This document shows, piece by piece, positions 41,456 to 51,139 of a DNA stretch of 64,000 nucleotides. This DNA is from an uncultured candidate division Zixibacteria bacterium (lineage in GTDB: Bacteria; Zixibacteria; MSB-5A5; RBG-16-43-9). The notes beneath the pieces are model-generated. The model saw nothing but the letters and a program-made list of their open reading frames with translations. It did no database searches and had not been told where the DNA came from. Numbering within the stretch: position 1 is the stretch's first letter; each line of letters opens with the position of its first letter. Both the position numbers and the translations under genes were made by a program. Location: NCBI GenBank assembly GCA_963713865.1, contig OY970208.1:1408001-1472000 (forward strand), read 5' to 3'.

Positions 41456-42183
41456 CTGGAGTGCATCAGCTTGCTGATGCTTAAAAAGATACAAAGCAAA
41501 CTATTGCACTTCAGAAAGTAACAAATACTAACGAAGAATATCTAAAAATGAAAAGTGAATATCTTAAAAAATACAAGCATGCACCTGCTCACCTCTTTTT
41601 GGATACCTATCCCTATTTCATCACTTCAGGAATATATTTAAAGAAATATTATTTCGAAAACGATCAAGAGAAAAAAATATTGTTTGAGATAATAACGGAG
41701 ATATTACAGAAAAATGCAGTGGAACTTTTAGCTTGGGTGATATTATCAAATCATTATCATCTTCTTATAAATTTAAAAGAACCTGTTTACTTGCCAGAAA
41801 TCATAAGGAAAATACATAGTAAGAGCTCAGTAATAATAAATAGAGAAGAGAAAATAACAGATAGAAGGATCTGGCATAACTACTGGGATAGATGTATCAG
41901 AGATGAAAAAGATTATTACTCCAAATTAAATTATATCCATTATAATCCGGTTTAACATAATTATGCGAAAGACCCTTCACAATATGACTTTTCAAGTTAT
42001 AAAGTTTACTTGGAGGAATTAGGAAGCAAGCGATTGACAAAACTTGTAACTGATTATCCTGTAGAAGAACTTGGTTTTAAAGATGATTATTAGAATTGGA
42101 GTGCATCAGCTTGCTGATGCTCAAATAGACAAAAACAAGCTTTTCACTCCAGTGCAAAAAGCAAGAGCAAGCTCTTGCACTCC
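41456..42183. mobile_element. REPtron-like locus: RAYT gene flanked by GGAG-footed REP doublets
   Basis: tggagtgcatcagcttgctgatgct at 41457 and 42097, each followed by inverted ...gcacttcag / ...tcactccag / ...gcactcc. Confidence 0.8.
41548..42093 (+). pseudogene. REP-associated tyrosine (Y1/HUH) transposase with internal nonsense codon
   Basis: YFIT, AWVILSNHYHLL (HUH), W.NYWDR.IRDE, YIHYNPV then TAA (41953-41955) where K is expected; frame continues HNYAKDPSQYDFSSY to TAG at 42093. Confidence 0.85.
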
Positions 42184-42192
42184 TGAGAAATA

Positions 42193-44454
42193 ATGAACGA
42201 GATTATCGAAGCTTTAAAGAAATATAAATGGTACAGGGAACAGATCGTCCATCTTAAAGTAATACAAGCAAAAGCAGGGGAATTTGGTGAGGTTTCTCCT
42301 CCTCTATCTCCTTCTCTGCAGAACTATCTTACTTCCAAAGGGATTAAGAAATTATACTCTCATCAGTCTGAAAGTATAAAGAAAATCAGGGAAGGAATAA
42401 ATTTAATCATTACCACTGGAACTGCCTCAGGCAAAACCCTCTGTTTTAATCTTCCGATCTTGGAAAGATTAGAAAAAGATAAAGGAGCTACCGCTCTATA
42501 TCTTTATCCACTTAAAGCCCTGACTAATGACCAGTTGAAAGTGTTAAAAGAAATGGAGCGTTTTCTTGAGATCAAATTCGAATTCGAATCTGGATCCATT
42601 GGACCTGCTATCTATGACGGAGATACCCCTAAGGAGGGAAGAGCTTCTATCCGAGAAAAATCCAGGATTATCCTTTCAAATCCATATGAGCTTCATCAGG
42701 TCCTGCCCTATCATTACAAATGGGAGAACTTCTTGAAGAATCTGAAATTCGTGGTCATAGATGAGGCACACCGGTATAAAGGGATATTGGGCTCAAATTT
42801 TGCCCTTTTAATCCGCAGGTTCCTTTCAGTGTGCGAAGTTTATGGCTCATCTCCTCAATTTATTCTTTCGTCTGCTTCAATCGCTAATCCGATAGAGTTC
42901 GCAGAAAAGTTAACCTCCAAAAGTTTTGAGTTGATAGACGAAGATGGCTCACCCCGGGGAAGAAAATTTTACTTATTCTGGAACCCATCTAAATATAAAG
43001 AAAGGTCGGTTCATGTTCAGACCAAAGACCTTTTAGTTCACTCGGTGAAAAATAATCTTCAGACTTTGTGTTTTGTGGTTTCCCGAAGGCTTTCTGAGCT
43101 TATCTCTTTCTGGATAAAGAATGAAGAACCAAAACTGAGAATTTCCTCTTATCGTGCCGGATATCTCCCTTTAGAAAGAAGAGAGATCGAAAGGAAATTA
43201 AGACTGAAAGAATTGGAAGGGGTGGTCTCGACCACAGCTTTGGAATTAGGAATAGATATAGGCGGGCTGGATTGTGTTATCATCTCAGGGTATCCGGGAA
43301 CAATTGCTTCTTTTTTTCAACAGGCAGGTAGAGCCGGTAGGAAAACGCAGGATTCCTTAGTTATTTTCGTAGGGTTTGAAGATGCACTGGATCAGTATCT
43401 TTTGAAACATCCTGAAGTTTTATTGTCTGGAAATTTTGAAAATGCCGTAATCGACCTGTCCAACCCCTATATTTTGAGCGGGCATCTTTTGTGCGCTGCA
43501 TCAGAGCTACCCATAAAAAAAGATAATTATCAATCCTTAGGACCGATAACCAGAGAGATATTAGAATCTCTTCAAAAAGAAAATTTAGTCCGAGAGACTC
43601 CTGAAGGTTTTATCTATTGCGGAAAAGAAAGACCACAGCAGGTTGTCTCATTAGACAGTATCTCCAGCCAGCAGGTGAAGGTGGTCTGTGAAGACCAGAT
43701 TCTGGAGACCCTGGATTTACAAAGGGCTTATGCGGCAGCTCATACTGGTGCAGTTTTGATTCATCAAGGAGAAAGCTATATCGTGGAGGAATTGGATTTA
43801 AAGAATCTGAAAGCTAAAGTAAAGAAGGAAGAGGTGGACTATTTTACGGAGAGCATAGATATAGATGAGGTGAAGATAATCGAGGAGGAGGAAAGGAAAG
43901 TTTTCCGGGATTTCAGTTTATTTTTGGGTAAGGTAGAGGTTCAGGATAAATATATTGGATATAAGATCAAAAAATACGAGCAGGTGGTCAATTTTGTTCA
44001 ATTAGACTTACCTCTGATTATTTTCCAGACTATGGGGCTATGGTTTGATTTGCCAATTCATCTAAGAAACGAGTGTGAGTTCAGGGGTCTGGATTTTGCC
44101 GGAGGTATGCATGCGGTTGAGCATGCGATGATTTCTATCTCTCCTCTTTTGGCGATGTGCGACCGCAGGGATTTAGGTGGAGTTTCTTATCCATTTTATC
44201 CTGAAACGGGCAAGGCATTGATCTTCATCTACGATGCGTATGAGGGCGGGATAGGCATCTCAGAGAAATTGTTTGAAACCTTCAAAGCTTTAGTGCAGAT
44301 GACCCATAATCTGATCAAAGATTGCGAATGCGAGGAAGGCTGCCCGACCTGTATTTTATCTTCTAAATGCGGTAATAATAACCGCCCGATGGATAAAGAA
44401 GCAGCCCTTTATATTCTGGAGAATATGCTTAAGAACATATCGAATGTCGAATAG
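42193..44454 (+). CDS. MrfA/YprA-like DEAH-box helicase with C-terminal DUF1998 Zn domain
   Basis: TGTASGKT, YDGDTP, DEAH, ALELGIDIG, QQAGRAGR, CECEEGCPTC. Confidence 0.92.
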   Translation: MNEIIEALKKYKWYREQIVHLKVIQAKAGEFGEVSPPLSPSLQNYLTSKGIKKLYSHQSESIKKIREGINLIITTGTASGKTLCFNLPILERLEKDKGATALYLYPLKALTNDQLKVLKEMERFLEIKFEFESGSIGPAIYDGDTPKEGRASIREKSRIILSNPYELHQVLPYHYKWENFLKNLKFVVIDEAHRYKGILGSNFALLIRRFLSVCEVYGSSPQFILSSASIANPIEFAEKLTSKSFELIDEDGSPRGRKFYLFWNPSKYKERSVHVQTKDLLVHSVKNNLQTLCFVVSRRLSELISFWIKNEEPKLRISSYRAGYLPLERREIERKLRLKELEGVVSTTALELGIDIGGLDCVIISGYPGTIASFFQQAGRAGRKTQDSLVIFVGFEDALDQYLLKHPEVLLSGNFENAVIDLSNPYILSGHLLCAASELPIKKDNYQSLGPITREILESLQKENLVRETPEGFIYCGKERPQQVVSLDSISSQQVKVVCEDQILETLDLQRAYAAAHTGAVLIHQGESYIVEELDLKNLKAKVKKEEVDYFTESIDIDEVKIIEEEERKVFRDFSLFLGKVEVQDKYIGYKIKKYEQVVNFVQLDLPLIIFQTMGLWFDLPIHLRNECEFRGLDFAGGMHAVEHAMISISPLLAMCDRRDLGGVSYPFYPETGKALIFIYDAYEGGIGISEKLFETFKALVQMTHNLIKDCECEEGCPTCILSSKCGNNNRPMDKEAALYILENMLKNISNVE

Positions 44455-44515
44455 CGAATGACGTATAAAGAAGAAGGAAGATGAAAAAAATCGTTCATCG
44501 TCCAGGCTGAAGTTT

Positions 44516-46129
44516 ATGAATGAAATAAAAAATTACTATCCGGTTCTTGTCCTTCTACTTTTGTGCGCATTATTATACGTTGTGGGAATTAACTCCATCT
44601 CAATAACAGATCCAGATGAAGCTTTTTATGCTGAGACTGCCGGGGAAATGCTTGCTCATCACAGTTTTCTTGCTCCACTTATCTTTGAAAAGCCTCAGTT
44701 TGAAAAACCTCCTTTGTTTTACTGGATGCTCATACTCTCATTTAAGCTCTTTGGGATAAGCACATTCTCAGTCAGGTTAGTCCCAGCATTTTTCGGGATA
44801 ATCGGGGTTTTGGGCACATATCTTTTCATGAAAAAAATATTCGACGAGAAGATCTCATTTTATTCCTCTTTAATTCTGGCGACGAACTTTTTAGTTTTTG
44901 TCTCCTCCCGTATGGCGCTAACCGATATAGTCTTTTCTGTATTTGTAGCATTCAGTCTTTACAGTTTTTACATCTGGCATAAGTTAAAAAGAAGTAATTA
45001 CCTGATTGCGTTTGCAATATTTTCCGCTTTAGCGGTTTTAACCAAAGGCCCTTTAGGAATTGTGATTCCCGTGCTTGCGGCTATTTTGTTTTTAATCTTA
45101 ACAAAAGATTCCGCTGGTTTAACGAATTTTATGTTTAATAAATGGTGGCTGGTGTTTTTAGGGATAAGCCTTCCCTGGTATATCTATGCCTCTTTGAAAT
45201 TTGGCAAAGAATTTTTATGGGAATTTTTTGTACACGACCACTGGCATAGGATTCTTTATGCCGAGCATAAGAATTTTGATAAATGGTACTTTTACCCCTC
45301 GGTAATTTTAACAGGGATGTTTCCCTGGACTTTTTATTTTTTACGGTCAGGGGTAAATTTCAAGAAATACAAAAGCGTTTACCTGTTTCTTTTTTCCTGG
45401 ATACTGGTGGTATTTTCTGTTTTCAGCCTGGCTCACTCTAAACTGGCAAGTTATATAGTTCCTTTAGCTCCTGCTCTGGCAGTGATTTTAGGTATCTCTT
45501 TAGCTTCTTTAGAAGGAAAATCCAGGAGGACGGTTCTCATAGGGGTTTTGGATATAATTTTGGGGATCGGCTTATTTTTTTCTCTCGGTTTTCTTAAAAG
45601 AGATTACCCCGGTTTATATTTACAGGGATTCATAATTTCTGGCGTATTTTCCTGCTTTCTCATAATAGCAGGCATATTTCTGATTTTTAATAAATTTAAA
45701 CCGGCGATAATTTTGAATGTATCAGGATTTGTATTATTTGTTTTAATCGCAGACTTCATTATGCCTAATAAATTAGAAATTGCCTTTACAAACAGAGATC
45801 TGGTAAAAATAGTTTCCGAATATAATTATTTTAATCAACCTATAGTGTGTGACAAAATGTATGTAAGGGGAGCATATTTTTATACTCATAATCCGGTCCT
45901 GGTATTGGATACAGATAAAAATCCTTTCTGGAGCAGACATCCCCTGGAAGTATTATCCAGGGATGAAGAGGTTTTAAATTATTTTGAAGACAAAGAAAAA
46001 GTTTTATGCGTGATAAAAAGTGGTGATTTAGAACGTCTTAACCGGGTATTCTCTGATAAAAGAGTAAATAAAATTATCTCCAACAGTTTAGACAGATTGG
46101 TAGTGTTGTGTCAGAAATCCCATCCCTGA
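44516..46129 (+). CDS. ArnT/PMT-family (GT-C) membrane glycosyltransferase
   Basis: DPDEAFYA...EM, FEKPPLFYW, LTKGP.G, SKL..YI.P; many TM helices. Confidence 0.9.
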   Translation: MNEIKNYYPVLVLLLLCALLYVVGINSISITDPDEAFYAETAGEMLAHHSFLAPLIFEKPQFEKPPLFYWMLILSFKLFGISTFSVRLVPAFFGIIGVLGTYLFMKKIFDEKISFYSSLILATNFLVFVSSRMALTDIVFSVFVAFSLYSFYIWHKLKRSNYLIAFAIFSALAVLTKGPLGIVIPVLAAILFLILTKDSAGLTNFMFNKWWLVFLGISLPWYIYASLKFGKEFLWEFFVHDHWHRILYAEHKNFDKWYFYPSVILTGMFPWTFYFLRSGVNFKKYKSVYLFLFSWILVVFSVFSLAHSKLASYIVPLAPALAVILGISLASLEGKSRRTVLIGVLDIILGIGLFFSLGFLKRDYPGLYLQGFIISGVFSCFLIIAGIFLIFNKFKPAIILNVSGFVLFVLIADFIMPNKLEIAFTNRDLVKIVSEYNYFNQPIVCDKMYVRGAYFYTHNPVLVLDTDKNPFWSRHPLEVLSRDEEVLNYFEDKEKVLCVIKSGDLERLNRVFSDKRVNKIISNSLDRLVVLCQKSHP

Positions 46130-46317
46130 TTCTATGGTTTTTTGATATATTAATCGAATAGTTAAAATCAGTTTGGGGAGTTTCTCTCAATATTCCAACA
46201 AAAGACACGGGAGTATAAACCTTTCCTACGGATCCGCTTAGAGGACAGGCTTGCCAAAGTTAAAAATAAAGCTAAAGCTTTATAATAAATTATTTTCAAA
46301 ATAAAATTAAAAAACAC

Positions 46318-46346
46318 TTGACAATCTCCTGATTACTTGTTATAAA
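46318..46346 (+). promoter_or_regulatory. sigma70 promoter of riboswitch-btuB unit
   Basis: TTGACA-17 nt-TATAAA directly upstream of the riboswitch. Confidence 0.7.
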
Positions 46347-46350
46347 AGAA

Positions 46351-46497
46351 ATGAATCTGTAAGGGAAGGCGGTGAAAATCCGTCACAGCCCCGCTACTGT
46401 TAACGGCTACGAAAGCTTTTTTGAGCCACTCCCGTAGGGGAGGAAGGTAAAGCAAGTAGGTCCGAAGCCGTAAAGTCAGGAAACCTGATAGGTTCAA
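46351..46497 (+). promoter_or_regulatory. Cobalamin riboswitch
   Basis: aagggaa.gcggtgaaaatccgt, gccccgctactgt, gccact..gaagg, agtcaggaaacctg (B12 box); upstream of a TonB receptor. Confidence 0.88.
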
Positions 46498-46587
46498 ATC
46501 CCTGAGGTAGGGATAAATTATGAATCATCCCTACTTGATGAAATCAGGTTAACTCTTCGCGGGAGGAGTTTTATGGGAAGGTAATTT

Positions 46588-46625
46588 GACCCAGCTTCAC
46601 TGTGAAGACTGGGTTTTTTGTTTTC
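46588..46625 (+). terminator. Riboswitch-associated intrinsic terminator
   Basis: acccagcttca-ctg-tgaagactggg followed by a T run. Confidence 0.75.
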
Positions 46626-46685
46626 GAGATTCGATCTTTGAATATTTGAGGATTTAAACTTTTAAATTATAGAAAGGAGGATGAG

Positions 46686-48701
46686 ATGAAAAGATTATTG
46701 ATCCTCGGTCTAAGTTTGCTTTTTTCGATTAGCGGCAGGGCGGAAGAATCATCTGAACTTGCCAGAGGTGGAAAAGTATATCCGCTTGAGCCTGTTATCG
46801 TTACTGCTACCCGGTATCCGGAATATCTCAAAAATATCCCGATCCATTCCACTTCTTTAAGCTTTTCCAGGTTGAAAAACTTCAATTTCCTGTCTTTAGG
46901 TGAGGTCTTAAAGAATTTCTCTGCTGGAGAGGTCAACTCCTCCGGTTCCTTGGGGCAGGTGCAGACTTTGAGCCTGAGAGGTTCTTCCTCATCTCAAGTA
47001 CTGTTTTTGTTAGAGGGGAGAAGAATAAACTATATTACGAACGGGATTTTCAACTCAAGCGATCTCTCTTTAGAGAATCTGGATAAAGTTGAAATAGTTC
47101 GCGGGCCGCTTTCCTCTTTATATGGTGCTAATGCCTTAGGAGGGGTGGTTAATTTAATCCCGGCTCTACCTTTGAAAAAAAATTTATCCATCTCGGTTCA
47201 AGGCGGGGTAGAAAACACCTTAATTTCTTCTATCAATTTCAGCTCGGGGATAAAAAGTCTCAGATTCGATTCAGGTTTAGAAAACAAGAAAACCAAGGGG
47301 GAAAGAGAAAATTCAGATTATTCTGCTCTGTTCTTTCATTCTAACCTTTTTTACCATTTATCCTCCAATGCTTATTTTAAGCTCTATCTCCTGACTCAGA
47401 GAGATGATTTAGGTCTTCCCGGACCGGTTCCTGACCCGATGAATATACCGGCTTTCGGCAATTCGGAGGTCTCATCGCTTTTTGATCATCAGAAGGACAA
47501 GAATTTCTCCCTGGATTTTACTTTCAATTTCTGTTCAGAAGAAAAATCCCAGGAGGTTTTAACCCGTCTTTTCTTTGACAGGAAGAAGATGAACTACTCC
47601 ACCCGCTATGATTTTTTAGGCGAAGTAGATGAAAATTATTCTTATCTTACTAAAAACTTAGGTGGGTTTATCCAGTACTCCTTTTTACTTAAAAATGTAA
47701 ACCGAATCCTTTTTGGCATAGATTTCTCCTCTGATCTACTTGAGGCCCGGAAGTCCTCCGCTTATGTTGCCTCCCAGACAAATTCTACTCTATCCTGGAA
47801 TCCAAACTCGAATAATTTTGGCATGTGGGGAAATTCCTCGTGGAATATAAGCAGGTTCACCTTTCAAGCAGGCACAAGATATGATCTTCCCAGTGATTTT
47901 GAAAGGTCCTTCTCTCCCAGTTTAGGTTTAATCTATCATTTAGGAGATGATTTCTCCTTAAAACTTAATTATGGAAAAGCCTATCGAGCCCCTACTTTCA
48001 ATGACCTTTACTGGCCGGATGGGGGGAATAAGGATTTAAAACCGGAAAGGGGCAGAAATTATGAAACCGGCTTGTCGTTTAACAGTAAGAGGATCTCCGG
48101 TCAAATTTCCTTATATTACCGTAAGGTAAAGAATCTGATCTCCTGGCAGCCACTGGGCGAGAACGGTTTATGGCAGCCTTTTAACTTAGACCTTTTTAAT
48201 TCTAAAGGGATAGAATCAGAACTGGATTATAAACTCTCGGAGGGCTTCGATCTGAACTTGAATTATACCTATAATAAAGGAGAGGAAATAAAAAAAGAGC
48301 TGGTCTATGATGATTTCTTTTCCGGAGAGAAGAGGTTTGAGGAACTGAAAAGGAAGGCACGCTTTCTGCCTGAGAACATTTTGAATCTGAATCTAAATCT
48401 GAAAATATTCTCGTCTTTTTCCGCTCAGGTCTCTTTCAATTACCGCAGTGGTAAGCTGAACTATTACCCGGATTATTCTTTCTATCCGGAGATAAAATAT
48501 CTGACCAAGAAGCTTCCAGCTTATGCTAATTTCGATCTTAATTTTAATCAGGAAATCAGGAACTTCACCTTCTTCTTGAAAATAAATAACCTCTGGGGGG
48601 ATAAAACCCCAACCCAGTTCGGAAACTCCATCTCGGATTTAGATTACCCCAACCCGGGGAGGAAAATATTTGGCGGAATTAAATTTGAGATCCGAAATTA
48701 G
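46686..48701 (+). CDS. btuB: TonB-dependent receptor, probably cobalamin (BtuB-like)
   Basis: VIVTATR TonB box, VEIVRGP.SSLYGANALGGVVN plug, YRAPTFNDLYW, LKPE; cobalamin riboswitch upstream. Confidence 0.8.
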   Translation: MKRLLILGLSLLFSISGRAEESSELARGGKVYPLEPVIVTATRYPEYLKNIPIHSTSLSFSRLKNFNFLSLGEVLKNFSAGEVNSSGSLGQVQTLSLRGSSSSQVLFLLEGRRINYITNGIFNSSDLSLENLDKVEIVRGPLSSLYGANALGGVVNLIPALPLKKNLSISVQGGVENTLISSINFSSGIKSLRFDSGLENKKTKGERENSDYSALFFHSNLFYHLSSNAYFKLYLLTQRDDLGLPGPVPDPMNIPAFGNSEVSSLFDHQKDKNFSLDFTFNFCSEEKSQEVLTRLFFDRKKMNYSTRYDFLGEVDENYSYLTKNLGGFIQYSFLLKNVNRILFGIDFSSDLLEARKSSAYVASQTNSTLSWNPNSNNFGMWGNSSWNISRFTFQAGTRYDLPSDFERSFSPSLGLIYHLGDDFSLKLNYGKAYRAPTFNDLYWPDGGNKDLKPERGRNYETGLSFNSKRISGQISLYYRKVKNLISWQPLGENGLWQPFNLDLFNSKGIESELDYKLSEGFDLNLNYTYNKGEEIKKELVYDDFFSGEKRFEELKRKARFLPENILNLNLNLKIFSSFSAQVSFNYRSGKLNYYPDYSFYPEIKYLTKKLPAYANFDLNFNQEIRNFTFFLKINNLWGDKTPTQFGNSISDLDYPNPGRKIFGGIKFEIRN

Positions 48702-48955
48702 AACAGGCGATTCATGAATTACCCTTCAGGTCTCTTGTTTAAAGAGGTAAGAGAGGGAGATTTCTGAAGATTAAAATTTTAGTTTAATTATAAAAGCGTC
48801 TAAAATAAATCCTGATGCTACTAATTCTGGGCAGGGATCAGAAATTTTACCCCTATTTCGCTTGCTCTCGAGAAAATATTTTTTTGAGTCTCTTAATCCT
48901 TATGATAAATTAATTCTCCGAATTGCCGATTAAATAATTTAGAAGAAGGGGAAAT

Positions 48956-50929
48956 ATGGATTCGTTTCAAGATAAAATAAAGGATTTAGAGAAGAAAGAC
49001 CGGTATCTGTGGATTTTAATGTCTCTGGTTTTCCTTCTTTTTGTTGCTTTCATCACCTCTTTAGTTTTCTACTCTGATATCAGAAGATTTTATGAAGAAG
49101 AGTTGGGGGGTTATTCCTTCAATCTCCTTTTTATAGGTTTCTTAGGACTTTCCCTTTTATTCTTAGCCTATATTATCACCCAGGAGATCTCTTTAAAGAA
49201 ATTCCGGGTTAAACTGATCGAGGAAAGAGCCTCCACCAGTGCTTTAGAAAGACGTTTCCAAGAGATAAAAGATTTATTTGAGATCAGCAGTTTGGTTAAT
49301 AGCAAAACAGACCTGCCTTCTATTTTAGATACCATGACCAAGGATATAATCTTCTGCCTGCAGGCAGATCAATCCTCATTGATGTTTTACAATCCGAATA
49401 TTGACAAGTTAGAATGTATTGCCGCCTATGGATTGGACAGTGAAAAGATTAAAGGTAATGAGCTGGAGCTGGGCAAAAGCGTTTCCGGCTGGGTAATCAA
49501 AAATAATCAGCCGCTGCTTCTGCAGGATGAGGTCAACCCCTCTCAGTATGATGGTTACGTGGAAAACGATCGTAATATTACTTCTGCTCTGTGTGTCCCC
49601 TTGAGAGTAAACGGGCTGGTTAAAGGGGTGTTAAACGTAAACCTGATTAATGGTACCAGGAAATTCGATGAGGATGACCTCCAGCTTTTATCCATTTTTG
49701 CAGAAAGTGTCAGCATTGCTATTGAAAAAGCTTCCCTTCATCAAGAACTGAAAGAAAGGATGAATCAGCTTATCCAGGCTGAGAAATTCAAGGCAGTGGG
49801 GAAATTGACCAGCGCACTGATGCACGATTTTAATAACTTTTTGTCCATTATTATCGGGAGAGCTCAGCTCTTGTCGGTTCAGACTAACGATCCCAATCTG
49901 TCCAAACATGCTGAGGCAATCGTAAAGGTCTCAACCCAGGCAGCTGATATAATTCAACGCCTGAATCAATTTGGCGTGCCGATTCCGGAAAAGGAATTCG
50001 GAAATTTAGATTTAAATCAGATAATCAAGGAGGCGTTTGAACTTACCAGGCCTAAATGGAATGCATGGGCAAAATTGAAAGGGATAAAGATAAAAATTGA
50101 ACAGGAGCTTTCCCAGCTTCCTCCGGTATTTGGTAATCCGGCAGATTTGAGAGAAGTAGTAATAAATATGATCTTAAACTCCATCGATGCCCTTTCCAAA
50201 GGGGGAGTAATTTCCTTTCGTACCTGGCAGGAGGAGCAATATATTTATCTTTCGCTAAAAGACAACGGGATAGGGATGAATGACGAGGTTAAAAAGAAGC
50301 TTTTCGATCCTTTCTTCAGTTCCAAACCTGAAAAAGGAAACGGCCTGGGATTAGCAGTAGCACAGAGTATAATTCTTCAGCATAACGGTAAAATCACAGT
50401 TGAAAGCAAAGAAGATAAAGGGACTACCTTTATTATCAGAATGCCGGTATCCAAAGTAAAGGAAAAAGAGGAAGAGACTGCTAAAACAGAGCCGCCTCTG
50501 GAAAAGGTGAGCGTACTTCTTATTGAAGATAATGAAGACCTGCAAGGGGTTTTAGCGGAGATGCTTTCAGACGAAGGTTATGAGGTCAAAGCAGCTAACA
50601 GTGGAACCGAGGGGATCTCTTTACTAAAGATAGAAAAATATGATTTGATTATCTCCGACTTAGGCATATCCGGAATGACCGGCTGGGACTTTGCAGCTGA
50701 GGCTAAAGAGATAAATCCCAAAATACCGGTTATCCTGGTCAGCGAGTGGGGAGATCAGATTTTGACCAAAGAAGCTAAAGACCTGGGAGTAGAATTAATT
50801 TTGTCCAAGCCCATAAAAAGAGAAGATCTAAAGAGAGCTATCGATAAAGCCCTGAAGCTCAAACCCAAAAAAGCAGAAGCTCCAATCGAGCCTCCCTCCA
50901 AAGAAAAGAATTTTGTCCGCGCGTTATAA
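48956..50929 (+). CDS. Membrane hybrid sensor histidine kinase (GAF-HisKA-HATPase-REC)
   Basis: Two TM helices, GAF (LCVPL..GVLNV), HDFNN, N..DA, DNGIGM, FDPFF, GLGL, receiver ISDLG..KP. Confidence 0.92.
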   Translation: MDSFQDKIKDLEKKDRYLWILMSLVFLLFVAFITSLVFYSDIRRFYEEELGGYSFNLLFIGFLGLSLLFLAYIITQEISLKKFRVKLIEERASTSALERRFQEIKDLFEISSLVNSKTDLPSILDTMTKDIIFCLQADQSSLMFYNPNIDKLECIAAYGLDSEKIKGNELELGKSVSGWVIKNNQPLLLQDEVNPSQYDGYVENDRNITSALCVPLRVNGLVKGVLNVNLINGTRKFDEDDLQLLSIFAESVSIAIEKASLHQELKERMNQLIQAEKFKAVGKLTSALMHDFNNFLSIIIGRAQLLSVQTNDPNLSKHAEAIVKVSTQAADIIQRLNQFGVPIPEKEFGNLDLNQIIKEAFELTRPKWNAWAKLKGIKIKIEQELSQLPPVFGNPADLREVVINMILNSIDALSKGGVISFRTWQEEQYIYLSLKDNGIGMNDEVKKKLFDPFFSSKPEKGNGLGLAVAQSIILQHNGKITVESKEDKGTTFIIRMPVSKVKEKEEETAKTEPPLEKVSVLLIEDNEDLQGVLAEMLSDEGYEVKAANSGTEGISLLKIEKYDLIISDLGISGMTGWDFAAEAKEINPKIPVILVSEWGDQILTKEAKDLGVELILSKPIKREDLKRAIDKALKLKPKKAEAPIEPPSKEKNFVRAL

Positions 50930-51139
50930 TCCCGTACAAGCATTCATCTATAATCTATTAATTTTAAACCCTTAAATCTAAGTTTCGTTTTGAAGGATTG
51001 AACCCTCTTATTCGGTATTCGCTTCTATAATATTTTTGGATTGAAGGTTGCAGGGGGTTCATCCCGTTTTTGGAGGGATGAACCCTTACTTCTTAAAAAA
51101 AGGGCGTATTGCCTTACGGTCCTATACGTCTACTGAAAT

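Noticed and set aside
41953-41955. Recoded stop (Sec/Pyl) in the RAYT
   Set aside because: The codon is TAA at a position where Lys (AAA) is expected, consistent with a point mutation or read error
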